Source: Psilocybe cubensis
Lineage: Eukaryota
DNA: 64,000 nucleotides
Reading direction: 5' to 3'
Assembly: GCA_017499595.2 (NCBI GenBank)
Contig: CM039009.1
Location: 1,302,001 to 1,366,000 of the forward strand
In this document: positions 13,461 to 25,790 of the stretch, in pieces
Numbering within the stretch: position 1 is the stretch's first letter
Layout of the letters: each line of letters opens with the position of its first letter
Notes under the pieces: model-generated
Databases searched by the model: none
What the model saw: only the letters and a program-made list of their open reading frames with translations
What the model was told of the DNA's origin: nothing
Program-made: the position numbers and the translations under genes

Positions 13461-14515
13461 GGGAAAACCCCTATGGTAATATCCTCAAAAACTATCTCTT
13501 TAAACATGGGTAGCACATGGTTGTTGTTCAGGTAGATATCAGGCCGGGCAGAAAGTTGTCGCATTATTTGAAGATGCTTATGACCCTGACCACCTATTGT
13601 CATGATCCTGAGCGTAAAATCCCTGGAATTGTCGCTGCGCGCGGGGTGCGATATTGCGCTATACACTGCGTGATCGTTAAGAGTGGCTGGTAAGGAGATT
13701 TTTCTAAGGAAAAGGTAATTGTTTGACTGTGGCAGGCCACCATCTTGAGGCTTGTATGCCATTTCAAAACTTTTCCACAGATTAAGACCATGGAGTCTAA
13801 GTACAGGCATCAATGCCTTCCAGTGTTGGCGATGGGTGCCAGTTATCAAGCACTTTTTCCAGGACAATAGATCAGACGGAAACTATTAGAGTATATGAGA
13901 TTTCCATCATTATAACCTAATGATATCAATACTTACTGAAGCACGCTTCAAACGCTTCTGTGGATGGATTGCATCTCGTATTGTGCAGTACGAGAGTAGC
14001 GAAACGAGTATGACCGAGGTCACTTTAAAACCAACATCGATCAGCTGTTCTTGAGGCATCATGTCTATGGTGTATATGTGTCAAGATGGTAGGGTTAGAG
14101 AACGAGACGGATGTAAGTCGGACTCGGCAAAAATGGTTGGTCTTGTTATTTGCGATTACTATATAAGTAAACAACCAACTCTGATGATCCTTGAGTTGCC
14201 CTCATCGGGGTCAGTGCATAATTTCGCATTTACTCAAGATTTGCTAGTTGTTGTTGTTTTATTTATTATATTTCCAGTTATCAAATATCCCTCAACAGAG
14301 CCGACTACCTGTGACTAATCCCTTTCTCCAGGACTGTAAATAGGTGAGAGCTGTCGGAGTATAAGATGGTTATGATAGCTGATGGGTGAGAGAAATTTTG
14401 ATGATTATAATATGATCAGTTTGGCTGTGCTTACTGAATCTCTACTCAACTCGGTCTCGGCAAAAGGTCGATTCTCGGTGTCTAGGAATGAAGCACGTTT
14501 TTTGGATGGTGCTAG

Positions 14516-14565
14516 TAGCATGACCCAGAAAAACAACTAGTAGTTGTTTTTCTGGGGTCATGCTA
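14516..14565. repeat. Near-perfect 24-bp-arm palindrome within a relic kinase 5' exon
   Basis: tagcatgacccagaaaaacaacta-g-tagttgtttttctggggtcatgcta, with one extra g in the right arm. Confidence 0.85.
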
Positions 14566-15000
14566 GTTGTCGTTATTTTAAAGCCAATATCTAACAGTTT
14601 ATCTGGAGGAATTACGGAGGAACCCACGCAAGCCCATGTGAGATGCTGCTTCAATGTCCTCGGAGGAGGTGTTGAAGGAGGATAAGACGACGGTCCTGTA
14701 AGATCGCGTTGCGCGCCGGCGCTAGTACTACATATTTGAACTCCGAATGCTTGCTCGTTATCCAGACATTTGGTCAGTTTCAAAAAGATATATAGGTCTT
14801 CATTATAATAATATACATTAAGCACATATATAAGCCATCAAGTTCAAGCCTACATACAGACCTGAAGAAAACCGGAAGCGCGAGGTACATATCACCCAGA
14901 ATACTGTCCGACAGGCATGCCGAGTGATCGCCGGGAAACCCAGCACCGACCGTGACAGGCCTGAGACCCTCCAGAACGTTGAGGCCCGAGGAACCTCACT

Positions 15001-15914
15001 CAGTGTTGTGCGGGTACGTCCAATGGGTACCAGGTACGTACCATCAGGTACGTACCCAGTACCCGCTGGGTACTGTACCCATTACCTAAAAAGATATGGG
15101 TACGTACCCAGTGAGCAATCCCAGGCATTTGATGAGTGATTGCACCGTGAGAAAATTGACTTGACCGCAGAAAAACACCATCGCTGAGGTTAACAATGCG
15201 TGTCACACTCAACTGGATAACATATTCACCACAATATATGCTTAGAACAGAAAAGATTCTAATCCAACTTAAATATGTAGCTATCTTGTGGAACTTTCAT
15301 GTTTAGATGACATGATTACCGAGGATTTGGAAGATACGGTTGGGGAGTTTTCAAGCATGATGACCGAGTTTAGCTTGCATGCTGACGAAGACAACAAGGA
15401 CAACGAACCAGCTACGGTTTCCACCAGCAGCTCAGGTTCAGCAGACTCAGAATCAGATTCATTGGGTTGGATCAACCTCGGACTCAGTCAACTGTTTTAT
15501 TTTACAAATGACCAATGGAAATCCCAATACGAGCAACACGCAACTATGTCATTCGAAGAAGAGTTAGAGATGTACGACCTTCTTGACCTCGATGCACAAG
15601 GCAATGATGATCCAGTAGTTGGGGACTTGGAAGCAGAATCTGACATTGATGAGGTTGATATTGATGAAGATACACATGCCATTCTTTCTCTTTAAATTTT
15701 TATTCGAAATATGTGTCTACTATACTATGTTTAAATGCGATACTTGTGTTTATACGATGGGGAACGATGCCCATGAAGTCGTGAAGAAGGCCTGGGAACA
15801 TCATGTACCCACCTTCCATTTTGGGTGTGTGGTACTGGTACCCGTACCCATGGGTACTGATGGCGGGTACTGGGTACTGATGGCGTACCCAGGTACGTAC
15901 CCGGCACATCACTG
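15001..15914. mobile_element. Non-autonomous hAT-like DNA transposon with 8-bp TSD
   Basis: ACCTCACT at 14993-15000 and 15915-15922. TIRs CAGTGTTGTGCGGGTACGT / ACGTACCCGGCACATCACTG. Many subterminal GGTAC/GTACC motifs. Internal acidic ORF 15288-15695. Confidence 0.92.
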
Positions 15915-16259
15915 ACCTCACTAAACCTGTAGGTTGGATTGGTCGAATAAAGATAAATGGAAAAAGGAGGCTTCAGGTCCAGGATTTGTACTGTTACATG
16001 CCATACGCAAGTTGTAGCCCACGTACAAGTTGTACCGGCAGTGGCTCTCAGCAAACCTTTCATTGAGTACTAATGCTTTAGCTTGCTATCGTTGCAAGTC
16101 AAAGGTAATAGAATAGATAATGCGGTAATATAAATTGTTGACAAACTTCAAATATAAAAAAAATAAAAAAATATATTTGACCAGTTGAAAGTGAGCTAAA
16201 TTGTTATGGGAATTTCTGAAAAATCGCTCTTATTTTTTTTCTTTTTTTCTTCCGCCAGA

Positions 16260-16620
16260 TGATAATGCACTTCGCACGTTGGGTACGTCCAAGGTACGTC
16301 CAAAACATACCAGGTAGTGTATGTACCTGTTGCCAGAAAGGTGTAGGGGTACATATGATGAACGATTATATGTACTGTGGGAATATGAACTTCACATCTA
16401 AAAACATCATCACTACAGACCACCTAATCAACAATGAGCGCTGAGCGCTGAGCGCGAGCCCCAAGCCATTATCTCTGTATGATATTCTATCCCTTGCATG
16501 GGCAAAAAATATACCATTGGAAGCTCTTGAGGATTCGTACATACCATATACTTATGAACAACTTATGAACACATCTCAGTTTCTTGCTATAAAATTAAAG
16601 CCCAAGCAAGCAAACTTTGA
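16260..16620. mobile_element. Degenerate transposon remnants
   Basis: gggtacgtccaaggtacgtcc resembles the left subterminal sequence of the 15001 element. Short TGAGCGC repeats at about 16434-16456. No clear ends. Confidence 0.35.
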
Positions 16621-16984
16621 GAGGGGGAAAAATTGGAATAACTCCACGTTCACAATTAAATTTACAGCATTCATTAATTCAACGAACGCCTAATACTGTA
16701 CTAATACAATTACAAATGAACATATCAACATCGACGCGACGCGTCCTCAGCGGCGTCTCAACCGCGTAACTTAACATAATAACATATATAACATAATGAT
16801 ATGTACGCGATTTAGCAACTTCTAGTGTCGATTTACGAAGAGAAACATGTAATCCGCTGTACATCGAAGCGGTCTAGCCATAACAATGAATTCGCCGACG
16901 CGTCTTCCACGTTTCGCGTTGCTCCGGTCTGAGACTCTGAGCTGGCAAGTGCAAGTCAGTAAAATTGGAAGAAGGTAAAAAAAG

Positions 16985-16990
16985 TATAAA
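16985..16990 (+). promoter_or_regulatory. TATA box of the hydrophobin gene
   Basis: TATAAA about 120 bp upstream of the ATG at 17108. Confidence 0.6.
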
Positions 16991-17107
16991 GCCTACTCCA
17001 ACAGCACCAAATTTTCTCCAGTCAAATACTCCACCTCATCTACTACTCTAAAAACCCAAAAAGCAACCAAGCAACCCTCTTACCCCATCTCCTTAATCAC
17101 TATCAAA

Positions 17108-17627
17108 ATGTTCTCCAAGATCGCTGTCCTCTTCACCGCCTCCATGGCCGTCCTCGTCGCTGCTGGCGACATCAACGACTCTTGCAACACTGGCGCTGTC
17201 CAATGCTGTATGTACTCTTCTAATTCTTCATTTTTAAATTTTTGGGCGCTTGATTGAACTGGTTTGTTTGTAGGCAACACTTCCTATGCTGCTGGCACCA
17301 AAGAGGCTAACGTCCTCGCCAGCCTCGTCGGTGTCGTCGCTGGTGCTATCACGGGCCAGGTCGGTGTCAACTGCACCCCCGTCAGCGTTCTTGCCATTGC
17401 CGGCAACTCTTGGTCAGTTCAATTTTTTCCTCCGTCTGCTCTGTATATCAATCTTATTTTTTTTTTTTTTAAAAAATTTTATTTTCAGCTCTTCCCAACC
17501 CGTCTGCTGCACCAGCAACCACTTCAGTAAGATTCATTCCTCTTCAATCTGATACGCTGTTCTAATGGGTTTCGTATTAGACGGTCTTGTCAACGTTGGC
17601 TGCAGCCCCGTCAACGCCAACCTCTAA
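17108..17627 (+). CDS. Class I hydrophobin (4 exons, not recovered by the ORF track)
   Basis: Spliced product MFSKIAVLFTASMAVLVAAGDINDSCNTGAVQCCNTSYAAGTKEANVLASLVGVVAGAITGQVGVNCTPVSVLAIAGNSCSSQPVCCTSNHFNGLVNVGCSPVNANL. It has a signal peptide and the 8-Cys C-CC-C-C-CC-C pattern. Confidence 0.97.
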
Positions 17628-18629
17628 GTTGGTCCAAATTTTTCGGTGGGCTTGGTCGCAGGGGAGAAGTGGTGTTTCGTGATAGGGTCGTAGCAGTTTG
17701 TTGTTAAGTTTTTGGGATATCATTTATCACGCGATTAATCATAATAGTCTTCCGTCCGTTTCTTAATTTGGGACATGAGGACAAGGTGCATATCTTCACC
17801 GAATTATCGGTGTATTTTGATTCTTTGCAGTAATCTTTCTTCGTCTGAGTCTATTTCCATAGCTTCAACACTTTTCTTTGGAAGTCATCGCAGTTCAACG
17901 ACGCGGTATAGCATATAACTCCAAGTTTATCTTATATTATTGAGAATGGTCTATCTACACGAACTGCCCGGACTAGGACATGTCAGTGAAGCTTGAAGAT
18001 TCGAATCCCAGGAAGTCGTCGACAAACGTTCGTCCTCTTTCAATAGTCTCAGACAAAACAAAATAAAGATGGAAATTAATTATACCGAAGTACTGATGCC
18101 TGTGAGTTGAAATGTCGCCTTTCAATTATATTCAAATTCAAGGTATAACTTTTCCAGTCAACTGAAATGGCGACATTCCTCTACAAAACTGGAGGTATTG
18201 ACTTTAGACCAATTTATAATACCGAATTTCAATCTCACTTCCAGTTTAACAAGTTCTTTGAAGTTCAACACTGAAACCGACGTAACATGAGGGTTAATCA
18301 TCGGTGAGTCAGAAGACAAACGGTAAAAATGCCAAGGGAAGAAGAAGAGTAAGAAGATAATCGACAAATACCCCAAAAATAACTTATCACTCCCGGGGAA
18401 AATCGTAGAGTGCCTTGATGATCAGTGCTACTTACTGATTCTATCAAGATGTTGACATGTTTCCAACTTGTCGATTTTGAACACTCTTCGAGTTGGACAT
18501 CACGGACTTAGTTGGGGCCTGGCTGAAGTCTGGGTTTGACTACGCTCTTGGTTTGGATACTCATCCAAAAACCTGTTCATTCTTGCCAACCCCACTTTAC
18601 CACCCCGCATCCTCTGAACTTCACGTGAA

Positions 18630-20004
18630 ATGACTGAAAACATCCAAACTACGAGTTTCGTTCACCAACTAACCATTGCTATGGGGCTGATGGCCCTTAC
18701 TTCACTGGCTCATCGCGGTGTCTGTGAACTTATGAGTACTTCTAGTAAGAAGAAACTGGTGAGCAACTTGCTTATCGTCAACCCCTCAACTGCCTGAAAG
18801 CTTCCAGAACTTCTGTGATCTCGTGGCGTATAAGAACATAGATCTTCAAGGTCAGGTGCTTTACCGAGAACTCTGGAACAACTTGATTCCCACCCTCCGA
18901 AAGCACCAAGTTATTCTATGGGATTACGATGGCGAGAAACAGCGCCCTCCAAACGGCGATATGCCAATCAAAGATAACTACATTTACCTTGTAGATACAG
19001 GCCCTTCCGGACTCGCACTTCTGGCAACCTATCTCCCACCTGATGGTTTATCCCATGCTGCGCGGAGCACGAATGCTCTTCCGAGGGACATCTTCCTTCG
19101 AATTATCGCGGCAGGTACGCAAGGGCGTATGCATCTCGGTATCCTGCGAGATCTATGTGTTCGGCCTGACATTCTGTACTCTAATAATCATATCCTTCCA
19201 ATGATACAAGAGATCTCTGTCGGCGACTTCACTATAGGTGTATTTCCTAGGACGTTGTATACCTTATTGGATGCTGTTGTTCATTCACGCGTCTCAGGAG
19301 ACAAGACATCATTTGAGGATATTCTGTACTTACTGCTCCAAGCGCTTGAAGTAAGCTCGTGCTTCGACGTGCAGTTAATCAGTACCAAGCTTACAAGTGC
19401 TCTAGGGCATACATCATATTCACTGCAAAGGAGTCGCCCATTGCGTAAGGCCACTTGATCCCCAACTTCGTAGTTATCGAATGAAACTTCACTGACCAAT
19501 GTGCATACAGGACATGTTCCTCGATAACTTGGCGATCGAATGGATTCCCCAGTCCTTAGTCAAGGCATCTACTACGTCCCGACCGAGAGTCTACCTTATC
19601 AATTTTGACAAGGCAATTCAGTTTACCCAAGAGTCACAGCCATCCGAGCGTCTCGTTCATGATCGTCCGCTCCCTGCCGTGACAACTGTATATTATCGCG
19701 CTGATGCACCAGAACTGAGTCAAAAAGGGCCTTACTGTCCATTCCGCCTAGATATGTGGCAATTTGGGTACTTCTTGCAAAAATATTATATGGTCAGTGA
19801 CACCACGCTTTAACATATCAAGGCGGGCATCCACTGACAGTGTTTGAAAATGGTCAGACCACAATTCCTGAAATCGACCAGTTGTGGGCGGACCTTGTAA
19901 CACCGAAACCAGAGGAGCGTCCAACTGCATTGGAGGCCATGAATCGACTGAACGAGTTTATTTCTTCTACCACCCGCAGCTCACTGCAGATTGGTTTTGC
20001 TTAA
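18630..20004 (+). CDS. Atypical protein-kinase-like protein, copy 2 (start approximate)
   Basis: NNHILPM, TIGVFPR, VAHC/DMFLDN, YLINFDKA, PYCPFRLDMWQ, PEERPTA. Same intron positions as copy 1. Confidence 0.8.
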
Positions 20005-20263
20005 TGACTTCTTTTGGGAACCTCTTTACGGACGCGTCTACATGCTTCTAATGTCGTCAGTCCAACTAAAATCTGACGGCTCATTTGAGACGGGTGTTGC
20101 GCAAAAGACTGTAGCAATGCTGTCAAGCACGTTAATTATGATATCTTGATAAAATACAATTCTAAAAACATTGGATGAGTTTATTTGAACAATTTGAAAA
20201 GCAACTACGCACATCTAAGTCAAACACAGGTGGTACACAGATTGTACGAGCCTATTGGGCGAC

Positions 20264-20658
20264 TCAAGCCGCCACTGAAACTACTTTTGGGGTTTCGTCG
20301 GTGATGGACAACTTCTCCATGGCGTCTTCAAAGTGATCTTCATCGCTGCTGTCATCATCTTCCTCCTTTTCCTCTTCCTCTTCCCCTGAACCTTCGTCAT
20401 CAGGAGGTTCGTCTTCAAAATCGAGCTGGAACAGGTTAGTAGCCAGTTAAGATAACACACATACCAGAAACGCACTGGATCGAATATCACTCGAATAACT
20501 AAACTGCAACTCGGACATATCGCAATGTCTTCGTAATTTGCAAGCTGTCGACGAGATATCTCGAAGCGATCTCCACACGGGCAAGGGTAGTGATAGACCC
20601 GCTTTTCCTCGTCCCAAGCCATGTCCTCAATCTCTATCTCGTCATAATAAGCACCCAT
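20264..20658 (-). CDS. DPH3: Diphthamide biosynthesis protein 3 (Kti11, zf-CSL)
   Basis: [10 protein letters not shown]...[14 protein letters not shown]...[14 protein letters not shown]. One intron, then an acidic tail ending at stop 20264. Confidence 0.96.
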
Positions 20659-20944
20659 GAGGTAAATATAACAATGGGTATTAAGTTAATAGCAAAAGAT
20701 TTGGTTTTCCTGAGATATGATACAGAGATGGAGAAAGAAAACGAAGAGGATGAAGGTGTCTGTCAAAGATTCATTTTGACTCGCATCGAGCAAGAACGAT
20801 TGGCCAGATCTCACTCGTGAGAACATTGCACAGCCACGAAATATTTGTAAGGTTTTCGGCAATGGCCGGCAATGACTTGCCCCAAGGCTTTTCAAATCCT
20901 TGTTGCTATCGCTATCGTGCTATATGCACACAATACCTCTAAGC

Positions 20945-22136
20945 TTAAACCATACACTCCTTCAAGACGGAAACAGTGATCTCAGGCTCGTCCCACATCA
21001 TCTAGAATGGTTCGAATCAGTTTTTTAAGTCAACAAATTATGCAAGGAGAACGGGACCCACAAAATGATTGACGCCTTGGATTGCTTTGAATTCGATCCT
21101 TTTGGTGGTTTTGTCCTCGTCTTCTAGAACCCAGACGGTATAGATTATACTCCAAGCACTCTCTACACCATACAGATGAACGACATTGCGCAAGTGCCAA
21201 TTTCTGCTGTTTGGAGCAGCGCCGAATAATGCGTTCTGGTAATTTAACCTCTGGGCTGTATGGTACCCCGGCCCACCAAAAGCAGTATCGCACTTAGGCC
21301 CCGGACGGAAATCGGTTACTGCGACAAGTTCATCGATGGTCATCCTCTCTGCTGTGGGCTTTTTGGATGAAGGATGTCGCTTATTGAGCTTAGAAGGGTC
21401 TCTTTGCGCTAATGCCTCCATGTCATGATTGAAGTAGCTTGAGATCCAGTGGGCGAAGGCAGACCCTCGATCACCCTCAGGTATGTCGTCGTCCCAGAGC
21501 GGTGAATAATATTCTGGTGGGCTGTCGAGTCCTAGAACTTGAAAAGGTGGATCTGCAATGTACGTCAACAACTGGGTACCTTCCAGACTGATCTCGAAAT
21601 TACTCGCCCAGGATGATAAAAGTGTGTACAAACTTCTTCAATCTGGACCTTACATCCTCAGGTATGGCTCGGTGATTAATTGCATTGATCACTGCCAGAC
21701 TGAACATATTTCCCATTGACCAACCCACCAACCCACCGCCGCTTCCGGGAGGAAGATCGAGTTCTCGAATAAGTCCTTCGATACCAAGTGCAAGGTAAAC
21801 ACCCTCAAAAGTTAAAAGGTCTAAACGTTCGGCATCTGTCCCCTCGTGAATAATTCTGAGCTCTTCAGCTGTGTAGGGAGTTGATCCCTGGTACTCTCTT
21901 CGATCGAGACATATTACGCGCAGTGATTCTTTGCTGGCCACTGGGAATAATGTGCTAAATATACCTAGGCGCAAGCATAGAGGGTTGAGACCTAGACTAT
22001 ACCATAGGATGCCAGACTTACCGCTGTGAAACGAGTGCCCGTGGATCACAAACAATGTCGAATATTCTTCGCACTGTGTAGGCAACCCACTATCAGTATA
22101 GTGAAAGACGACATCTTTGGCTGTTATGGTCGGCAT
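20945..22136 (-). CDS. Alpha/beta-hydrolase fold protein, divergent paralogue
   Basis: IHGHSFHSG, DRREYQGSTP, nucleophile GWSMG, C-terminal NHF-MWDEPE. Four exons. Confidence 0.88.
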
Positions 22137-22981
22137 TTAATGGGCACAGGGGAAATCAAAGATACAACATTTTGGTGACGTGCTTTTTTGTACTCTGAGC
22201 TATACACCAGTCCGTTATTGAAGTCGCGAGTTGTCAGGTACAAAGGCCGGAATCATCCATGAGGCTGCTTTCTTCATGATCGATTTCCTCGATGGTGGTT
22301 GATTATTGATCATTGTCCCATAGAACAACTTGCACAACATTACCCGGGTACAGGAGCTACGTTCTAACCCGAGACTGCCAATGATACCTTCTCCCGCATC
22401 ATGAAATTGTAATCACGTCTAACAGTGTCAAGGTGACTTAGATCAAATGTGAACACTGGTGCGCCTCGAATTATAAATTATGCCTCAGCCTCATTGTCAA
22501 AGAATAGCGCGTATGAGAACGGTGATTCAAGCCCGAGTTATTACCCGTTTGCCGTATATGAATTCCGGCCTAACAAAATGACCACAAGCTCAGTTATTAA
22601 TTTGCGGATAATACATAATATGCTAGTCTCATTGCCTGCGGCTATTGAATCAGGGGCAACGATGCCAAATCGCTCGGGTTTGGACTTTCAACCATAATTC
22701 AACTGCAAAATTTCACCAGTGGTCGTAAGATTTTGAGCTAGTAACTCGTTGAATCAAATGATGCAAGAATTTATCGATGCGACACGTAACCTCTGTAATC
22801 ATGGTCGTATTTTCAATCCGAATGTTGTCCAGAAGGTACTGACTATCCCTGGTTTTTTCCGCACCGGATCAAGGTTTTAGGGTGCGATGTTATCCTGAAT
22901 CCTTGTTGAATAAACTTGCTTCGAAAGAAGGATAGGGCCATCAACTGGCCATCAAATAGTGTTCATTACGGTGAAAAGCAT

Positions 22982-25383
22982 TTATGCAGTAGAATACTGG
23001 CCATCTGGTGTATCGAAAGGATAGAAGATAACTATGGATGGTGAGGATCTCCCATTTGAACCAACGTCCGATGTTTGCCCATTGTCAAAGTCTTGCCACC
23101 ACGAAACAGAAAAAGGCTCTCCATCGATATAGAAGTAATCCGAATTTTCGACGAAATTCGATTCGAGAATAGAATCGACTATGCCCATGTCTATCGTGCG
23201 GCGTTTGTATCGGCGGATGGTTTCTAGCAGGGATGCGAAAAAGGGGTCTTTGGTCAACCGAGCCCCTATGCCATGTGCATACAATGTAGTAATATAAAAC
23301 AGGAGACTCGGTCGACCCTCGGGGGTGGGCCATGATGAAATTTCATCCTTCAAACTTGCATCGAGGAAGGAGAAAAGTACATGAAAGGCCTCTTTGATAT
23401 GTGGCTCAAGATTGTTGGGAAATTGTGGACTGCGGTTGTGATCTTGGATTAGGATACGTTCAGAAAACGCTGCAAAGTACCAGGAACCCGCAAGAAAAGA
23501 AATAAGACCGTGTTTTTGTGCCATTGAGTTGCAAAGAAGAGAATCTGGATGGACATCGCCGACACACTGCTTCATGATTGATAACGTGATATTGGCAACC
23601 TGCCACGCTAGAGCTTGAATGACGGAGTGAGTGTTAAAATAGTGCAGCAATGAGTTTATCAAAGTACGTCGCACCATTGAATTGGTCTCGGTTGAGGTCG
23701 GGGTCGAGAAGTACCTCAAATGGGGTGAAGGTGAGGCATTCTGGAAATGCGACGTTCAGATCCGAAAGTTGCATAGCATAGTTTGCCCGGTAAAAATATG
23801 CGGAGAGTCTTAAAGAAAGTTCTTTCCTATGAGTAGACAAAAGAGGGAGATCACCAAAGCTATGAGTGTGTAGGAAAAGATACATGTTATCTTGATGTAG
23901 AATATCGCAAAGTGATTTCCTGGTAATCTTATTTGAGCCCAAGTATTGAACGAATGGAAATCTATCCGGCAGAAATGCACTGCCAGAGGTAGGTTCCAGA
24001 ATATTGTGGAGATAACCACTTTCGCGGCACTGATCTTCAAATGACCCATATGCATTAGCAATCTTGCGTAAAGGCTGTAAGGTCATTTCAGATATTTCGG
24101 AAAAGCAATGGTAAGCCGCAGCTGCCGATTGCTTTTGGTAACTTTGCGTATCTAGACCATGAACAATGTCATACAAAGGAAGCACCTCATCTTCTCTTAG
24201 GCCAACTACGTCGCGCCAATGTGATTTCCCAAAGGCGCGTCGCATAAATCCATCGCGAATTGCAAGCCAACTTATGTCGTAATCCATCCATTGAGTGTCC
24301 AGAGCCGCATAGTAAAGATACTGGGTAAAACGGTGGGGTGTCAATGGTGCGTCTGGTAAACGAGAGAGTGGGTGTCGCAGGAGGTGTTTAATTCTGTGAA
24401 AAAATCTCCGCATGCTGTCCAAATGATCATCAAGAAGGTTCATGAGAGGGCGAGAGAGAGAGCGAACAGCACGGGATTGGGGTGATTTGTATGGGCATGG
24501 GCTAGGCGGTATCACCTGGCCTCTTCCAGGACGTCGATGTCCAGTCGAAAAATCAAAATATAGAGATAAAGCTTGCAAACTTGGTAACATTGCGGTGGCG
24601 ATCAAGAATAAGAATGTGAATCCAACCACAATAGTGACAGGGATAGTGACAGTCCAATTTCCGGCCGTTATCGAGTGAAGGAAATCGATGATCCCTATTA
24701 GGAATAAGACCAAAGAGCACTGCAGAAGGAGAGGTAGTGTTGCAAAGATCTTGTCAACGTGCCATACTATCAGGGATTGGTACCGCATATGATATACCGC
24801 ATACTTTTCACGTGGTGAGAGTTCCGCAAATGATTGATGTTCTCGCAACCACTGGAGGGAAATTGTACCAATCAACACGGTGGTCAAACTGAGAACGAGG
24901 CTGATGAACCAAACTGTATTGATTCTGATAGCTGACGTTTCTGGGGAGAACTGTTGACTGGCTTGGGGATAAGAAACGACGTCTGACCCTGGAGTGGAAT
25001 CCAAGCGGGTTGCAATTCCAGAGAGGAGAGAAATAACTGCATCATTTCGGTCAGGTTGGAGATTTTTGTACGACTCAACGACGAATGCCGTTACCACGGC
25101 AGAGAAGAGGCCGGCCTGGAACACCTCAATAACGGATAGTGCGCTGGTACCGTAGATACTTACAAATATGAGTAAATTCTGAACCTCATCTCTCCATGCG
25201 TCACAACGCTCCTTGTCCGCCTTCAACAACGGGTCTAGAAGTAGTGACCATGGGTCGCCGTCTGGTTTCGGAGGCGCGAATTCAAAAGGATCCCCAATGT
25301 CCCATATTTTTGGCGGATGAAATGCATGAGACTAGGTCATCAAGTGCGTGAGAGGAGGGGCGAGGGAGTAGACAAACAAGCAT
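22982..25383 (-). CDS. DUF6535-type multi-TM protein, copy 2
   Basis: CDAWRDEVQNLLIF-AGLFSAVVTAFVVESY, RINTVWFISLVLSL, CPYKSPQS. Collinear with copy 1 to the C-terminus. Proposed 2-codon first exon (ATG CTT, 25383) followed by a gtttgt..tag intron. Confidence 0.85.
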
Positions 25384-25790
25384 TAGAGGCAGGTGGCAAG
25401 GAAGAAGAGTGAATGAAGACCAGAAACTAGACAGTAAATACCTGCTCATTCACGGAGCCACGATCGGTATGCGTGCTCTGTTCGTTTATCTGGGACATCA
25501 AATTGTAAGTCCTTAATTCGCAGGTTGGGACTCAAATACAAGTTGGCGCTGAGAAGAAAGCAAAACATAAAGGGCAGGTTGAAACAGCAAGGATTGAGTT
25601 AAAAGTGGGAAAGATGCCGGCATAAGGCACTGTTCCGTAAATGGAAAATGTTTCTATTTTAGGCTACAGACTGACGAGAGGGTCACGTTGCGTGACGTCG
25701 CTGTTGTCGACTTGGATTGTTGTGAGAGGTGAACGCTCATTATACTCCATTCCTACTTAGCGGACATTTCACAGAGATAGCTAGACCTAT

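Larger units (their letters stand above)
11732..14062 (-). pseudogene. Atypical protein-kinase-like gene, copy 1, interrupted by a transposon insertion
   Basis: Motifs IAHC/DLFLDN, YIIDFETA, PYCPFRLDIWQ, NPEERPTA. Removing 12499-13469 restores the frame IGVFP-RIKSSLSNSIRR, collinear with the paralogue at 18.6-20.0 kb. Confidence 0.85.

Noticed and set aside
15288..15695. Acidic 135-aa ORF as a host gene
   Set aside because: It lies wholly inside a TIR/TSD-bounded element and is best treated as a transposase remnant.
17960..18020. GATTCGAATCCC resembling a tRNA T-loop/B-box
   Set aside because: No acceptor, D or anticodon stems could be folded around it.
25330..25340. Apparent ATG-ACC-TAG premature stop at the start of DUF6535 copy 2
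   Set aside because: The TAG fits a 3' splice site of an intron following ATG CTT at 25383. Copy 1 also has an intron near its start.
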